Part shown: positions 36,650-50,614 of the stretch, one piece after another
Numbering within the stretch: position 1 is the first letter of the stretch
Layout: the number at the start of each line of letters is the position of its first letter
NCBI GenBank assembly: GCA_043228905.1
Contig: JBHGNT010000007.1
Location: forward strand, 17,856,001 to 17,920,000
DNA from: Azolla caroliniana
Lineage: Eukaryota > Plantae > Polypodiophyta
Direction: 5' to 3'
DNA: 64,000 bases
The notes under the pieces: model-generated
Databases searched by the model: none
The model's input: the letters and a program-made list of their open reading frames with translations, nothing else
Told to the model about the DNA's origin: nothing
Position numbers and translations under genes: made by a program

Positions 36650-39600
36650 TCCCAGTTATTCCTTCCTCACTTTCACGATATCTTTTGTCTACGCAACGCT
36701 ACGCTTCTAGGCGAGCCACGCCACGACATCGTGCTTCTTGTTGTTGGCATATCACTTCCGCTATGTCATCTGGTCTTCCTTCTAGTTGTCGTATCTAGAT
36801 CGCTAGTAGTTCTTCCCCACTCATCTCTTCCTTCCATGGTAGCATCGTCCATATCGAAATTACAGTTTCCGTAGGCATTACTAGAGCTTGTCCAATCATA
36901 AGTTTCGTTGGCATATAACCGGTCACGGAACTATGTGTTGAGCGATCCGCCCATAGTGCATACGGAAGCATCTGCAGCCAAATCTTCACCCTTTCGTCGT
37001 GTGCTTTTGCAAGTGCTTTTACAATTGGACTATGTCCTCGTTCGATCTTCCCATTTGCTTTTGGATTGTATGTCATGGTTAGCGTCAACCGTACTCCATG
37101 TTTGGCGAAGAATTGCCTAGATTTATCAGAGTCAAGTTCTCCCCGATCCGCAATCACTTGTCCTACGCACCCATACCTGCAGAACACTTCTTCCAAGAGA
37201 AATTGGCATATTGAAGAACATGTTTTCCTCTGTAGCACCCGATCTTCTACTTGGTTCGTCAGATCCTCCCGAGCTAGCACCAAGTACTTCTTTTGTCTGA
37301 TCCCGGTTGGCATGGCCACGATGTCAACCATCCATTTAAAGTTGATTGTCGATGAGAATGTCGCATGTAATTCATCCCAATGTTGAAATACGGAGTAAGT
37401 TTGACATTTTTGTAGTTTTCGGTGAACTCCGCTACATCCTTGTACATATTCTTCCACCAATATTTTTCCTTGATCTTTGCAAATGTCACCCATGTTCCCC
37501 GATGACCAGCCCAATCAGATTCGTGAAATTCGGATAGTATCTATTTCTGTTGTTCCTTTGTGCCAACTACCCGTAATGGTATGCCATTCGGTCTTTTCGG
37601 CTCCCTCCAAATTAATCCATTGTTCAAGAAAAAATTCCGGACTAGCCATTTCTTCCTTCGGATCTCATCTCTCTTTTACTTATTGTCCGATGATTCCTCG
37701 ATTTCTTGTAGCACTTTCCTGATCAGCAAGCTTTCTCCCTCGTATTCGTCTTCCTAGAACTCCCGAATTATGTTCACTTGGCATATCTGCTCTGAAGTAA
37801 AGTAGTCTTCGGAAACTTCTTCATTATCTAATTCGGCTACGTCGTCTCTGAATCGTGCCCTTCCTAGCATATCTGCTACCGTGTTGTCTTTTCCCGAGAT
37901 GTGTTGTACCTCTGGATTAAGCGACTTTACATATGCAATCCATCTTAGAATAGCCACATCTGGCACCATGCAACATCGCATCATCCCGAGTATCGGAAGA
38001 CAATCTGTTTCGATCACTACTTCGACACCGATCAATGATCCCGATTTTATTGAGTATGGAGTGTTTGATGGCGCTAGAATCCCCATCGCCGCCTTCTCCA
38101 TGAGCAAGTCAATGATTTTTGGAATATGTGCCCATGGCATCGGAATCGGCTTCAGGTTCCATGGCACATGTTCAATCGTGAAGATCACCATCAACTCCAT
38201 TATCTTCGGATCAACGCACCCTATCTCTTTTGATGAGAATGCAAATGCTTTGCCATGCTGCTCCAACATCTCTCGAAATCATTCTTCTTCATTCTGAAAA
38301 AGGAACCCGCCTCCACCGATCCGGAGTTTCTTCTAAGTCTCATTCGTAAATGTATGTCCAATATCAATGGACTTCCGAAGTGTCGAATCTCCTGAGACTT
38401 CTTTCCTCTTTTGTTCACTATTGGAGGGTAACGGTCCCGCAAATGGTTTCACCTTCTTTTCCACGGTCTTATATTTCGTACATACCATTGCTTCTTCTTT
38501 GGGGAGCACATCCGGCCCCATTTCTGCAATGATCTCGTAAATCTCAACCGATTCCACTGGAACTATCCGGTCTCCCTGGCTATTCTCTTCCACAAGCTCT
38601 TCAAGCCATTGTAGCGTGCTTCCATAGAACACTTCTTCGACTACTCCCGTGATTTCCTCTTCTTCTTTTATGATTGATGCAGACCGCAGCTCATCCTACA
38701 TCTTCCAAAATTCTTTCCTCATTACGTCGGTGACGGCTATGTACGTAGATGCCCCATTGCGACTAATTCGCACTTGTTTCGCTTTGAGAGTTTTCTTCCT
38801 ATGTGGGGTATCAGGGCTTCTCGGACTATCACTTCCCCACTCCACAACAATTTGCTTTAAAAATCCATTTTTGTTTGGGACAACAGTTCTCTCTTGTTCC
38901 ATTCGTGATTTGATGGTATAGTCAAGAATTGAACAATTTTCCCTCCACTTTGGCTCTGAATCCTTGCAAAAACCGCTCCGTTGTCGAGCACCTTTGTTTT
39001 CATTTGCAAAGCCATGATGAAGGGTTGTCCGAGGATCACGGAATGTGAGACCTCATCTTGCACGAAGAAATTTGGTCAATCTCCACACCTTTGATCTTCA
39101 CCATCACATCCGGACAAGCCGCAAATAGATCTTCCATTGCGTTTGTGGCTACTTGGATCTTCCATCCTTGACTGGTGTTAATAGGCCATTCCCCTTCCAA
39201 TACAACTCCTTGACATCAAATTGATCTCCGATCCATGATCAATCAACGCAACTACGGGTTCTTTGATGTTTCCAATTCGGACCAGAGTCTCCATAGTTGC
39301 TCGTGCCCAATGTGGCTTTGTGTAGTGAGAGTTTGGAATTTTGTCATCCGTTTCAGTGTTGTTCATTAGAATAGTATTCACATTCACCCTTGGAGCATTT
39401 GAATCTTCCGTAATTTGCCTCATTCTTTTTACGAGATCCACAAGGAGATCGTGGAACTCCTTTGCAATTCCGAGCAATTCTCGGAGGGAAAATTCCACCC
39501 GACTATCAAGGATTCTCTCTTCGAACACCTTCTTTAGATCCGTCTATTGTTCGATGTCCGACGTGAGTTTGAATGCCGGAATTGTTTTCCCTTTTCCTTT

Positions 39601-42345
39601 CCCTTCAAAGTTCCAGATCTCCGTGTGTTCGATGGTTCGGCCACATCATCTGTGCGTCATCGCTTCTCATCTACATACACCTCATGCAATTCACATAAGG
39701 CGTATACGCTATTTTTATCTACCGGGCACTCTCATCCTATAGCTTCCCGGATGCCTTCTGTTGTGCTCCAAATTTCATACGAGTCAGTTTTCTCAAAGAT
39801 TTCTAGCACTTCCGGCCAGAAAGATGCCTCCGCTCTAGATGTCTCACCCACAAGTATTCCCTCGGTTGTCACATAATTTCTTTTTGCCACTATCTCCTCC
39901 TCTAGGATCTTCTTCATGCCGCCTTTTTGGAAGTTCGGCCAGAGTGCTTTTTGAGAGTCCATCGAATGGATCCGATTTCCCTCCTAGTAGATGAGATCCT
40001 ATTGTCATGGAATTTCGCAGGTACGTGTATGATACGGGGCGGGACTGTCAGGGTCTTGTACGAAGAAGCTGGTAAAGAGAGAGTGAAGTGTTTATCCATG
40101 TCAATCTCCGGATATCCTTGCCAGTACACAGTCCGGGCACATAACTGTTCCAGCTCTGCTCACCGGGTAACAACGATGGGCTCAAGGGCTCGCGCGCTCG
40201 AGTACACATGCAGGTGAGAGGTAATAGGGACGAGAATGCAAGCAAAAATAGAGGCACACACAACACAGAGAAGTTTGGATACAACAAAGATAATCAATTA
40301 ATCTATGATAGAGGGAGATACACTCGGACTCGGCCGGTAACAGAGCAGAAATAGAGGCACACACAACACAGAGAAGTCCGGATACAACAAAGATAATCAA
40401 TTAATCTATGACAGAGGGAGATACACCCAGACTCGGCCGGTAACAGAGCTTTGAGCTCTTCACGCACCCACACCAGACCGATGAGCCTCTGGTCGGGAGC
40501 ACACGGGCTTCCTACGCGAGCAGAGGCCTCACCAACACCTAACGAATATACAGAACAGAAAAACCAGAAACCTGTAGAGCTCACTCTGACAGTACTTGGT
40601 TCTCCAAAACTATGGATCCCTACAACAGTTCAAAGCTCCCCTTTTTATAGCACAAAGGGGGGTCGTTACATCATTAATTAAGGACATTCAATTATGTCGG
40701 CGATTCTCCACCTCAGTTTCCCCCCTACACACTTGTATTCCTCTCGATTTGTGGGTCATTAAAGTACCCATCCAACTCACATTGTCTAGTACTTATTAGT
40801 CCTTGAATATTTACAATGTTTATGTACATATAAGGCCTTGTTCGTGTGCATCCTTGCACACCCCCATTCATAGCATCTGGCTCCTTTTTCTCCTATGGCC
40901 GGAATCCTTCACGACACCGTCGTAAAGCCTCCTTGTGTTCATCGCAATCCTTCCAATCATGTTCGGGTGGTATCGCACCATATGCACCGACAATCCATAT
41001 ACTTAGAATTTGAGGGATGATCTTTTGATTTCTTCACCATGGCAATTTTAAGATTCTCCATCTCCTTTAACAACTACTCCACCATGGTTACATCGATTCC
41101 CTTCTCGGTCGTTGTCTCTCAACCCGTGGTTGGTGGTCTTTTGCTACAAACCTCGGCCTCAACGTCAGTTCCGTAGTCCTCTTTTCTTCATCACCGAACC
41201 ATTGCCCCCTCTTTGTGTATCGAGCAACAATGTCCCGCACATTTTCCCATGTATTGGTGAGACCACTCTCAATAATCGTATCCTCTAGAAGCACTCCAAG
41301 ATCTTTCCAGTCCCAGACATCCACGGCTCGTAAGAACATGATCACTTTGTCCTGTACGAGGATAGCTTGATCTCTCGCGAAAAACCTCCCGAATTGACTT
41401 TCGAATGTCGAAAACACATCAACGACCTTCAGCCCCTTGTCTAGTGATTCCACCAATCTTCAAATCCCCTCCATGTTGTCGTGGAGGAGTCCTTGATAGC
41501 AAATGTAGGCTTCAACGCTTCTTCAAACGTCACCCGCGTCGGATTCTGTTGTCGTATCCCGCGGATACTCCCTTGAAGCCCATCCGTAGCCACCCAATTG
41601 AAGGAGGTCCTGTAGATAACGTAACATGTCCTTTCCATCGAATTGCCCGTTCCGTTGCAATAGTCGCTCTACTATCGTTGCGACCTCCGACATCGCGCGT
41701 TGCTTATGCAGCATCCACTCGAACATTGTCATCATGTTGCTCACCTTTTGTCAATTCTCTATCTCCTTACCACCCAGTTTCACATCGGATTCACCAAATA
41801 TGTCGTGCCTTTCGGCGTCGGATCGTTGCGTGAGTCGGGTGGGAACCGCTGAGGTTATGGACTATGAGGATGAGAATTTGAGGCAAATAAGAATATAATA
41901 TTGAAAGAGAGAGGTGTAGAAAATCTCATGAATTCCACGAGTGTATTATATTAGATTAATCAACCCTTAGAACCCTAATTATAGTAGATTGGAATAGATT
42001 AGAAAAGATAGATCGAAAAATCGTGAACTGCACGAGTATAGTAAATTACATCAATATTTAGAAATCCTATTAAAACCCAAGAATAAACAACCACAATACA
42101 TCTTTTTCTTCTCCTCATATAGTAATGGAAGAGACTTAAGTATAGCTTACCACATGGCAAGCATCATGCTTTTTCTTCTAATTATAGTGCTCATGCACGC
42201 TAGATGTGCATGAGTAGCTTTTTTTTATGAAGCGTTTTCTCTAACTATTATGCACGCTACACGTACATAAATAGCTCTTTCTAGATTTTATAGTTGAGGG
42301 TAAGCTTTTCTTAATATCAAATCCATAATTATATTATTTGTGACG
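36650..42345 (-). mobile_element. tRNA-Trp-primed Gypsy element copy 2 (LTR, PBS, gag, PR, deleted RT-RH, integrase)
   Basis: PBS TGGTGAATCCGATGTGAA at 41796-41779; LTR edge at 41801 (outer edge approximate). Gag 41744-39540. Protease VVALIDHGSEIN (39178-39528). RT start fused to RH end in ORF 37754-38269. Integrase ...ADRGE...YNPKANGKIERGH (36795-37514). Confidence 0.88.
40003..40916 (-). mobile_element. Solo LTR inserted in the gag of the Trp-primed Gypsy
   Basis: TGTCATGGA...TTCACGACA inverted termini; the gag frame ...HKEALRR | DLIY... resumes across it. Internal ~100-bp tandem duplication at 40246-40447. TSD is eroded (CCTAT vs CCGTC). Confidence 0.78.
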
Positions 42346-42399
42346 AGTTGGTACAATGGTAAGGTTTGGGTTTGTTTACATGGAGGTATAGGGTTTGGA

Positions 42400-44352
42400 T
42401 CTTGCCCTGTGCATGTAATGTATATGGAATCAATAATTTCTTCGATTTCTTTGTTTTTATTTAATTGAGTACTCCATACATATTTCACGTAATGTACGAA
42501 GTACACTACGACAACATAGCCGCAAATCTTTAACTTCAGTTTCGCCATCCAGTGCTCCTTTCCCACGTCGCATATGGCCATCTCGTGGATGATGAATCGA
42601 GCTATGAAATCGGCCTCACTGGATGTTCGGAGTGTGTTCCGACTGGCATTAAACTAGTTTACTGCTCTCATCCTTAACTTTCTCATATACGATTGGCATT
42701 ATCTATTGTACTTTGGCTCAAGATGGAAAAAACGTTGAATCGATTGTTGCCTTTCGTAGGTACTGAAGAATGAGATGGTTGTGCTCTTTGTGGAAGTCAA
42801 TTGCTCTTCTTCCTCTATCTTCAGCCCCTGAGGCAATATTACATGGATGTCATGTGCCTTCTATAAGTGCGCCTCCATCTCATCTTTCTTGCAAAACCAT
42901 TGTACCTCTTGTCTGCATGAATCTCCAACGATATGTGTGCGACATTTGATACCCCCAAGTCTTTTCCACACTTGAAGAGGGACATAGGGTCCACCACATC
43001 ATCAAGTGTGACATTTGCATAATTTAGAAAAACCCAATATATGTACATACTTCAATAATGATTACAAAAATGTACATCAGCACACCATTTTTTTTGACAT
43101 CCTCACCAATTGGCCCTGCGTCGTTTATGGGGTTCATATCCTCATTCCTCTCATTCGGAGTCTTTCTCGTAATGTTGCTTTCAGCATCCATATCATTGGA
43201 TTTGGGGCACCTAGCATCCCTTCTTACAAAAACCCTAAACCATCATTCAAGTTAGCACACAAGCATCATTATTCATACACAATATATAGTTGAGAAATGA
43301 TTCGGACCATACCTCTCTTCATTGGGTATTGTTTCACCCCAATGCACATCAAAGTCTATGAATGTCTTGGACCTACTAGCCATCTATACAAAAATGTTTC
43401 AATACCGAAAATTATGGCAATCTTCAAAAGCCACTGGTATGTCCAATGCATTCAAGTCTTCAATATGCACAATCTAAGCACTCCAAGAAATCATCAAATG
43501 CCTGCAACAAGCATCTAAACCCTAAACCCAACAAGCATTTAGCCTTACAAAATGCACAATCCAAGCATATTATGAAATCCTCAAATGCATACAGAAATGA
43601 TCTAAACCCTAATCTAAACCCAAATAGGAGTATCATCCAATGCATGCAAGTTATCAAATTGCACAAACCAAGCATATTCTGAAATTCTCAAATGCTTGCA
43701 ACAAGGATCGGGATCTAAACCCTAATCTAAACATAGATACAACCATCATCCAACGCATTCAAGTTATCAAAATGCATAACCTAGCATATTCATACATCAA
43801 GTGCATGCAATCCCTTTTCAATGGTCATTTTAGCATTTACTCTAAGCCCTAAAAAGTTTCATTGTTACTATTTTTGTACCCCTAAAAAAGAAAAAAGCAT
43901 TAAAATTCATACCTCTTGTGATACGTTTTGCAGATCGAATGCAGATGTAGTTGGTTGGCAGGTGCTCGCCGACGGCAGGTGGTGCTCCTCATTGATTCTT
44001 CCCTCCAAAAACCCGGGCACTCTGTTTGAATAATAGATTAAAACGACAGGTGTTAGGGTTTTTATAGACGACAAAAATAATGAGTAGGGCTCCTACATCA
44101 GGCGAATCGAGATCCTTAGGCTCCTGCATAAGATGAGTCGGGCTCATCGGGCTCCTACCCCAACTAAGTCAGGCTCCTACATCAACTAAGTCAAACTCCT
44201 CGAGCTCCCCAAAAAGTGAACTTTTAAGTGTGCACTTTTTTTATCCACATTGGACGGTGAAGATTGCATGCGCCTTCAGCTGAGCAACCTTCACCGTCCG
44301 TGCCCACAATTCCCGCACTTGCCCTCTTTAATCTTTGGTAGTAGTTAGACAC
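42400..44352 (-). mobile_element. MULE copy 2, right arm only (second-gene remnant, subterminal repeats, TIR)
   Basis: 42500-43400 is homologous to 31370-32190. GAGTCGGGCTC repeats at 44080-44210. TIR ...CACTTGCCCTC...TGGTAGTAGTTAGACAC ends at ~44352. Confidence 0.85.
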
Positions 44353-44464
44353 GTTGATCCTACCCATCTATACATACATACATGCATAAAATGTCATACA
44401 TACATACATACATACAATCCATCTATACATACATACATATAATCCATACATACATGAATACACT

Positions 44465-47400
44465 CGTGTCTATTTGCTACCAAAATCAGAATGACGCCTA
44501 CTTGGCGAAGGAATCCTGGCCATGGACGATGCAAGGCGCATTGTCGAGGGCACATGCGATCTGCACGTCAGATCTTTATCTAAAAAACGCACGAGTTTCC
44601 AATAGCCCCACTCTGATAGCCTCTGACACCAGTAGCCCAACTCTCTGACTATAGTAACCCGATCAACTCAAGGCAGTAGCCCGACTCAAAACAACGGCCC
44701 ACCCGACTGAGTCAAGGTCGATTCAGCAGTAGCCCACTCAAAGCCTAACATCAAAAACTTCAAAAAAGTTGTTAAGTCTAAAAACAATTTAACATCAAAA
44801 GCTTTGAGTTTTAGATATATAAAACTTCCATCATTAAAATTGAAACACATGCAAATCTTCTTCCCAATGAAAAACAAAAAGTCAGAGATAATTCTAAACA
44901 CTAGTTCGTCTCATATTTTACCTCAACATTAAATTTTCAGCCACAAAAAAATCAGAAATGTGTTTTAAACATAATCGAGAAACTTCAAATTACAAAAATT
45001 TCCACTCACAAAATGTTTTAAAGATCAAAAGCTATCCTCTATTGATTTCAAAGACCAAAAACCTGAAAATGACAACTGAATCCATACAAAAGCAAAGATC
45101 ATGGATCTTGTGGGGAGGATGGCAAAATACAACCACAAATATTGTAGTAATCAACATTTGATTCCCTTCAAGTCAAGGTCAAGCCATCACAATGCAAACA
45201 CCAAACCTTCTCAGTCTCACATATTGGCGACCGACTCGCACCTCTCTATAGTCTTCTAATGTGTGATTTGGTCTTGTATGGGGAGATGCCAATAAGTTCT
45301 TGCGAAATGTCCAGTGTCACTCCTCTTTTCACGTCAATTTATTGCTTCTGACTTATGCATCTTGTTTCTGACTCGTTGATTGATATTCAATGCACCTAAA
45401 ATTTCCACTTTTTTCCCAAGATTTGCCATTTGTCGTTGACAATCCTCAATAGTAACCTTGTCAAAGGATTATATCCCTTGCTTGAGCCATTGAATAGTTT
45501 CCTCAGTTATATGTATTTGAGACTTCGATGATTCCATCTTAGATGGTTCTACATTTATCTCCATGTTTGTTTCTATGATATCATCCATTCAACTTTGGGC
45601 CGCATGATCAATAAATGATACTGAGCCACATAGGGATGGCATTTGCCTCTCAATAATCATCTTAATTTTGAGTTAATGCTTACTTTTACTTGCAAGTCCT
45701 TGGAAATCACAATAAGAGCATTGGAGAGAGATATAGTAGCATTGAGTGGGAGTGATCATGCCCAATATTCTAAACCAATATCATAACTCATCCACAATAT
45801 GCATCGTGTTATTATCAGTTACATACCTTTCAAGTATCCTCTCAGACTCTTTTAAGTCTTCACCTTTGATCCCTAGAATTTGCACGGAGCGCAAATCTAC
45901 CACTCTCACATATTTATTGCCTTTGCATGTACCATTCTATGACAGTCCCTCTGATGCAAGTGCTAGTTTCACTATCCTCGATTAAGACATGCACAAGATT
46001 CGTAATAGACCGATTATTTTTCTTCTCAAGGCAGTGTACTTGATAAACAACTCTTCCTATGCCTCCATGCATTAAGATTGAGAGATGCACCCTTTGTGAG
46101 ATATTTTAATGATTCAATTGTGACCTTAACTATTCCGGATAAATCTTTAACCATCAATTCATATGTACCTCGATTGAACACAAAATACTTGAGGTAACAA
46201 TATATCAAGGGTTACACATGTCATCCTCTATTTCAAATGCAAAGGACTCGTTGTCTTCCTCTAAAGTGTGTGATGTGGAATATGATGATGTTTCATGTAT
46301 TTCTTCTTCTAACATGGCAAACATGAAATCAGCATCTCCCGACATGATCACAGTATCTTACATATATTATGTTTGATTGCGATTAGGATGTTTGATATCA
46401 GAAGGCAAAATTAAGGAAAACTTAATGGCCACAATCAGGCAAAATGATCATTAAAAAGTATTCATTACAGGTAGTTGGCCAATTGTGGTAATTTTGGTCA
46501 AGCTACTCATTAATGAGTCTGGCTACTGCCTAAACCTAGGTTACTAGACATGAGCCGAACTACTGCCCGAGACGGGGTAGTTAAATTATGCCCCAGAAGA
46601 CATATACACTTTGACATTGTATTTACCATACACTTCACTTTCATGTCATGATTTCAAAATACACTTTCACACCACATTCACCATACACTTCATTTTCATC
46701 TCATGATTTCAAAATACACTTCGACACCATATACACTTTGACATCATATTCACCATACACTTCATTTTCATGTCATTATTTCAAAACACGTCGACACCAT
46801 AATCCCACTTTGGCACATATACACTATTACACCATATACACTTTGACACCAATTCACCGCACACTTCATTTTCATGTCATGATTTCAAAATACACGTTGA
46901 CACCATGTACACTTTAACACTATATTCATCATATATACACCAAAATATTGCTTCCTCATGGCAAATTGTTTATATAACGAATACATCATGTACAGAATGA
47001 CAGTAATGGTTGGATGCCAAGAATTATGAAACCAATACATATTATCTTATATTACACCGAAACCACCATATACATCTTGTAATGGTTGGTCTAAAATTTA
47101 AGATATATTGAAATGCCCAAAACCCAGTGTGCCCATTTCGCCATATACATCTGAAGTACCTCCGCATCTTCTTGTCTAAACCAATGCTCAGACCCTCATA
47201 CCACAATACTCTAAGAACCAATCCAAATATGAAAGACACTTATAAAATCCAAATATGAAAACACTTCCAAAATCGGGAGACCTTGTATGAACTCTTCCAC
47301 TAGCATCCGATAGTTTGAATTACGTAATAGCCAGAGTCTTCCCTCACTTAGAATGTTGTGGTCTCTAGGTGTGCTACATATTTGACGTACATCCGGATCT

Positions 47401-49400
47401 ACAAAAGTCTTTAAGGAAAGGGTTGCCATATTATTCAATGGATCACAAAAGACCACAAGGTTGGTCACCTTCTGCATACACTCTTGCACACAACCAAGGA
47501 CGTCGTCCACCTTGTTGGTGTGTCTGTGACAGTTGCTTTGATTTGCAAGTTGCACCCAAAGTGGATCAGCAATCCAATACCCGTTAGACACCTCTTGGAG
47601 TTGTATATATTCCATTCACATGCTAAAGAGGCTCATCTTCTAGGTCATTGCCATCTCACAAATCATGATCAGCCACATAGACCGACAGGTCCAATCTTCG
47701 ACATGCAAGTTGGACCTTGTTTTTTAGGCCAAATTTACAAGTACCAAAAACAGTTAACACTTGTCATAATTAATTTAGAAAATAAACAAACCCAAAACAT
47801 TTTGGCATACCTAGCTAACTGATTACTATCTTCTGGCTTTCCTAAACCCAATGTGGATTGTTCCAACATTGAGTGCTTCCTCATCTAAATATGATGGAAT
47901 CTCCTTAAATAGGGTTGGGCCCACCTTTTTCTGCCAAACTTGGATTTTCATCCTTGGTGTCAATTCAAACAACTAGTTCTATCCACAGTCGATTGCGATG
48001 GTATCATCATCTTCAAATTTCACAAGCAAGTGCTCTTTACACTAAAATTACGAAGATTGAAATCAACATATTAATAATTTAAAGCCATACATTTTAAATG
48101 TCACAAATATTGAGATTCATACTTACATAAGATTCATATCCATTGGCAATCTTTAATTTGAGCTTCTCCATCCATGGGTCTTTTGTTACGTTCCTATATT
48201 GCCATCTCCTCACGTGTGAACTTGGCAACAAATTCTGACTTCATGCAGGTTCGGAGTTGTTTCGGCAATGCATTCCATTGGTTAAGTGCTCTCATCCTCA
48301 GCTTTCTCTAATATGATTGGGGAGATTTATGGTATTTCACTGACCATTAAAAAAAAGGCTTTATTGACCTTTCCCTTTCGTAGTTGTTGAAGAATGATGG
48401 GTTTAAGTAAATCTAGTACGACATTTATGCATTAGAATAAACCAATGTATACATAATTGCAACTAGAATACAAGAATGTACTCAAACTTACCTTTTGGAG
48501 GAGCATCAACATCTGATGGTTCATGTTCCAGTATGGGGTCCACAACCTCATTGGTCTCTGCCTTTGCCACTTCCATGTTATTTTCCACCTCCAATTTGGC
48601 GGCTATGTTGCTCCTGATACCCCTTCTTACAAAAGCCCTATGTAACCAAAACCAAAGTTAGCACATATACATCACTATTATAGTCTCATATACATTGTTG
48701 AAGAATGAATCACGTCATACCTCCCTTCACTAGGTCTGCTTTCACCCCAATCAAAATCAAACTCTAGGAACTATTTGGACCTAGAAGTCACTTGTACAAG
48801 CAAGGCAAGATACCATAAATTATGAACTCCTCCACCAAAATAATCTAAACCCTAATATTTTATTTCAACAACTTTTTATCCATTCACATTTTACCCAACC
48901 CAACATTTCGATTTCACTCACAAACATGCAAGCATATTCAAAAATCAAAAGCTAGCAAAACCCAAATCTCAACAATCATCCAATGCAACGAATACAAGAA
49001 CCTAAAGCCAAATACCACATTTGATGGTTCATTTTACCCAAGCCATAGATTTTCCTTTCACTCACCAACATGCAAGTGTTCAAAATCATCCAATGCATGC
49101 ACGAATCTAAACCCTAATACCATTTGACCCATCCACATTTCACCCACATTTTATTCATCTTCAAGAACATTTTACCATCCATTTCCGAACACTCAAAATC
49201 ATTAGAAAAGTTGCAAACAAAAGTAGAAACCAATAAAATGCATATTAGAAAAATATTCATGTGGCAATGCAGATGCAAGAGCAAGTGGTGATGGTTTCTT
49301 TCCGCCTAAAACCCTGGTCCCCGTTTCAAAAAAGTGAGAATAATGACTAGACGTCAATGTTTAGTCAATTGCAATTATAAATCGAGCTACTGCCTTTATA
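44465..49400 (-). mobile_element. MULE copy 3, diverged deletion derivative
   Basis: Left TIR-like end with CACATGCGATCTGCACGTC; AGTAGCCCGACTC repeats at 44600-44740. Transposase C-terminal remnant (~45160-46040) is joined to the N-terminal remnant (~46050-46320). Tandem array at 46600-46930. Second-gene remnants at 47050-48800, homologous to 31140-32180. Right TIR not found. Confidence 0.75.
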
Positions 49401-49799
49401 TGTATTTATATCTTTATTATGAGTGGATGTATGTAAATATGGATGGATGGGCTAGACTAGAGCATAGAGCCTGGATATCATTTTTAGGGTTTAGGGTCAC
49501 TTCCACATGACTTACGCTCATGTGTGTCTGTTCTCTTTTAACACGAGATGAGGCATGCAAGAGCAAATAGCCCCCATCATCAATTCCCAATTAATCCACT
49601 AATCCATGAGCATCAAAAGCCAAGTTAATCCACTAATCCACATCACACACTACGGTTGTTGAAATGTTTTACTTGAAGTCAATGTTCATATTTGACCCCA
49701 AGGATGACAATGAAGCCTATCCTTCTATACATAAAATCTATATACCCACAATGGCAACATCAAGTTGTGAAGGTGAATATAAGGTAACATCTAGTGCGA

Positions 49800-50070
49800 C
49801 AATGGCTCAAGAGCCTAATTTGTCCTTTAAACAAGTATCTCCTACACACATCTTCATAAATAGTAACCACACCTTGGCTATAACATGGAATCATGCCTCC
49901 ATTGTACATGCAAAACACATTGAATTGCATTATCATTATGTTTGAGAAAAGTCTTATGCCCAAGAAAGAAGTAAATTGTCCACATACAAACTCATGAAAA
50001 GGTTACAAACAATTTTACAAAGGCTCTATCCTAACAAAAGTTTGGACACCTCCACAAGCAATGGGGCATT
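49800..50070 (+). mobile_element. Old Copia RNase H relic downstream of UOX
   Basis: HAKHIELHYHYV*EK in ORF 49664-49945, followed by a decayed ADIFTK-like region. Confidence 0.6.
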
Positions 50071-50614
50071 CTTCCAATACTTGGATTTTTAACAAGAGAC
50101 AACAGAACCTACATATTTTTGTGCAGTAAATGAATATCTGAGTAGTAAAAAGACAGAAATACTCCCAAGGAAGGGATCTATATTCACAAATGCCTTTCCT
50201 CCGAGAAGAAATGAAAGGCGATAATATTAAGATCTTCAAAAGGACATGAGACCAAAAGTTGCATCCATGTGAATCTTTATAGTAAGCAATACTAGATTGT
50301 GTGTAAATTCAAGCAAGAGAATTTATTTATTGGGTAAATTAAACATTTTACATTATTTTGCATCTGTATTGAATATGAGCAAGCAATCCCTGACTAAATC
50401 AGGGATTACAAGGAGGTAACATCTTTGATTTATTATGGAAATGCCCTTTATTAAAAGCACAACGACCTTGTGGTTGAAGATCAAATTATTTATCCTGGTT
50501 AATACCATTTTTCTCTGATTGCCGTATAGGCTGAGAATAATGGAGTTGAAGACCTAACCTATAGCTTACGAGGCAGAGAAAGGTTAGCACAGCCACTCGG
50601 CTAAATCCTATCAT

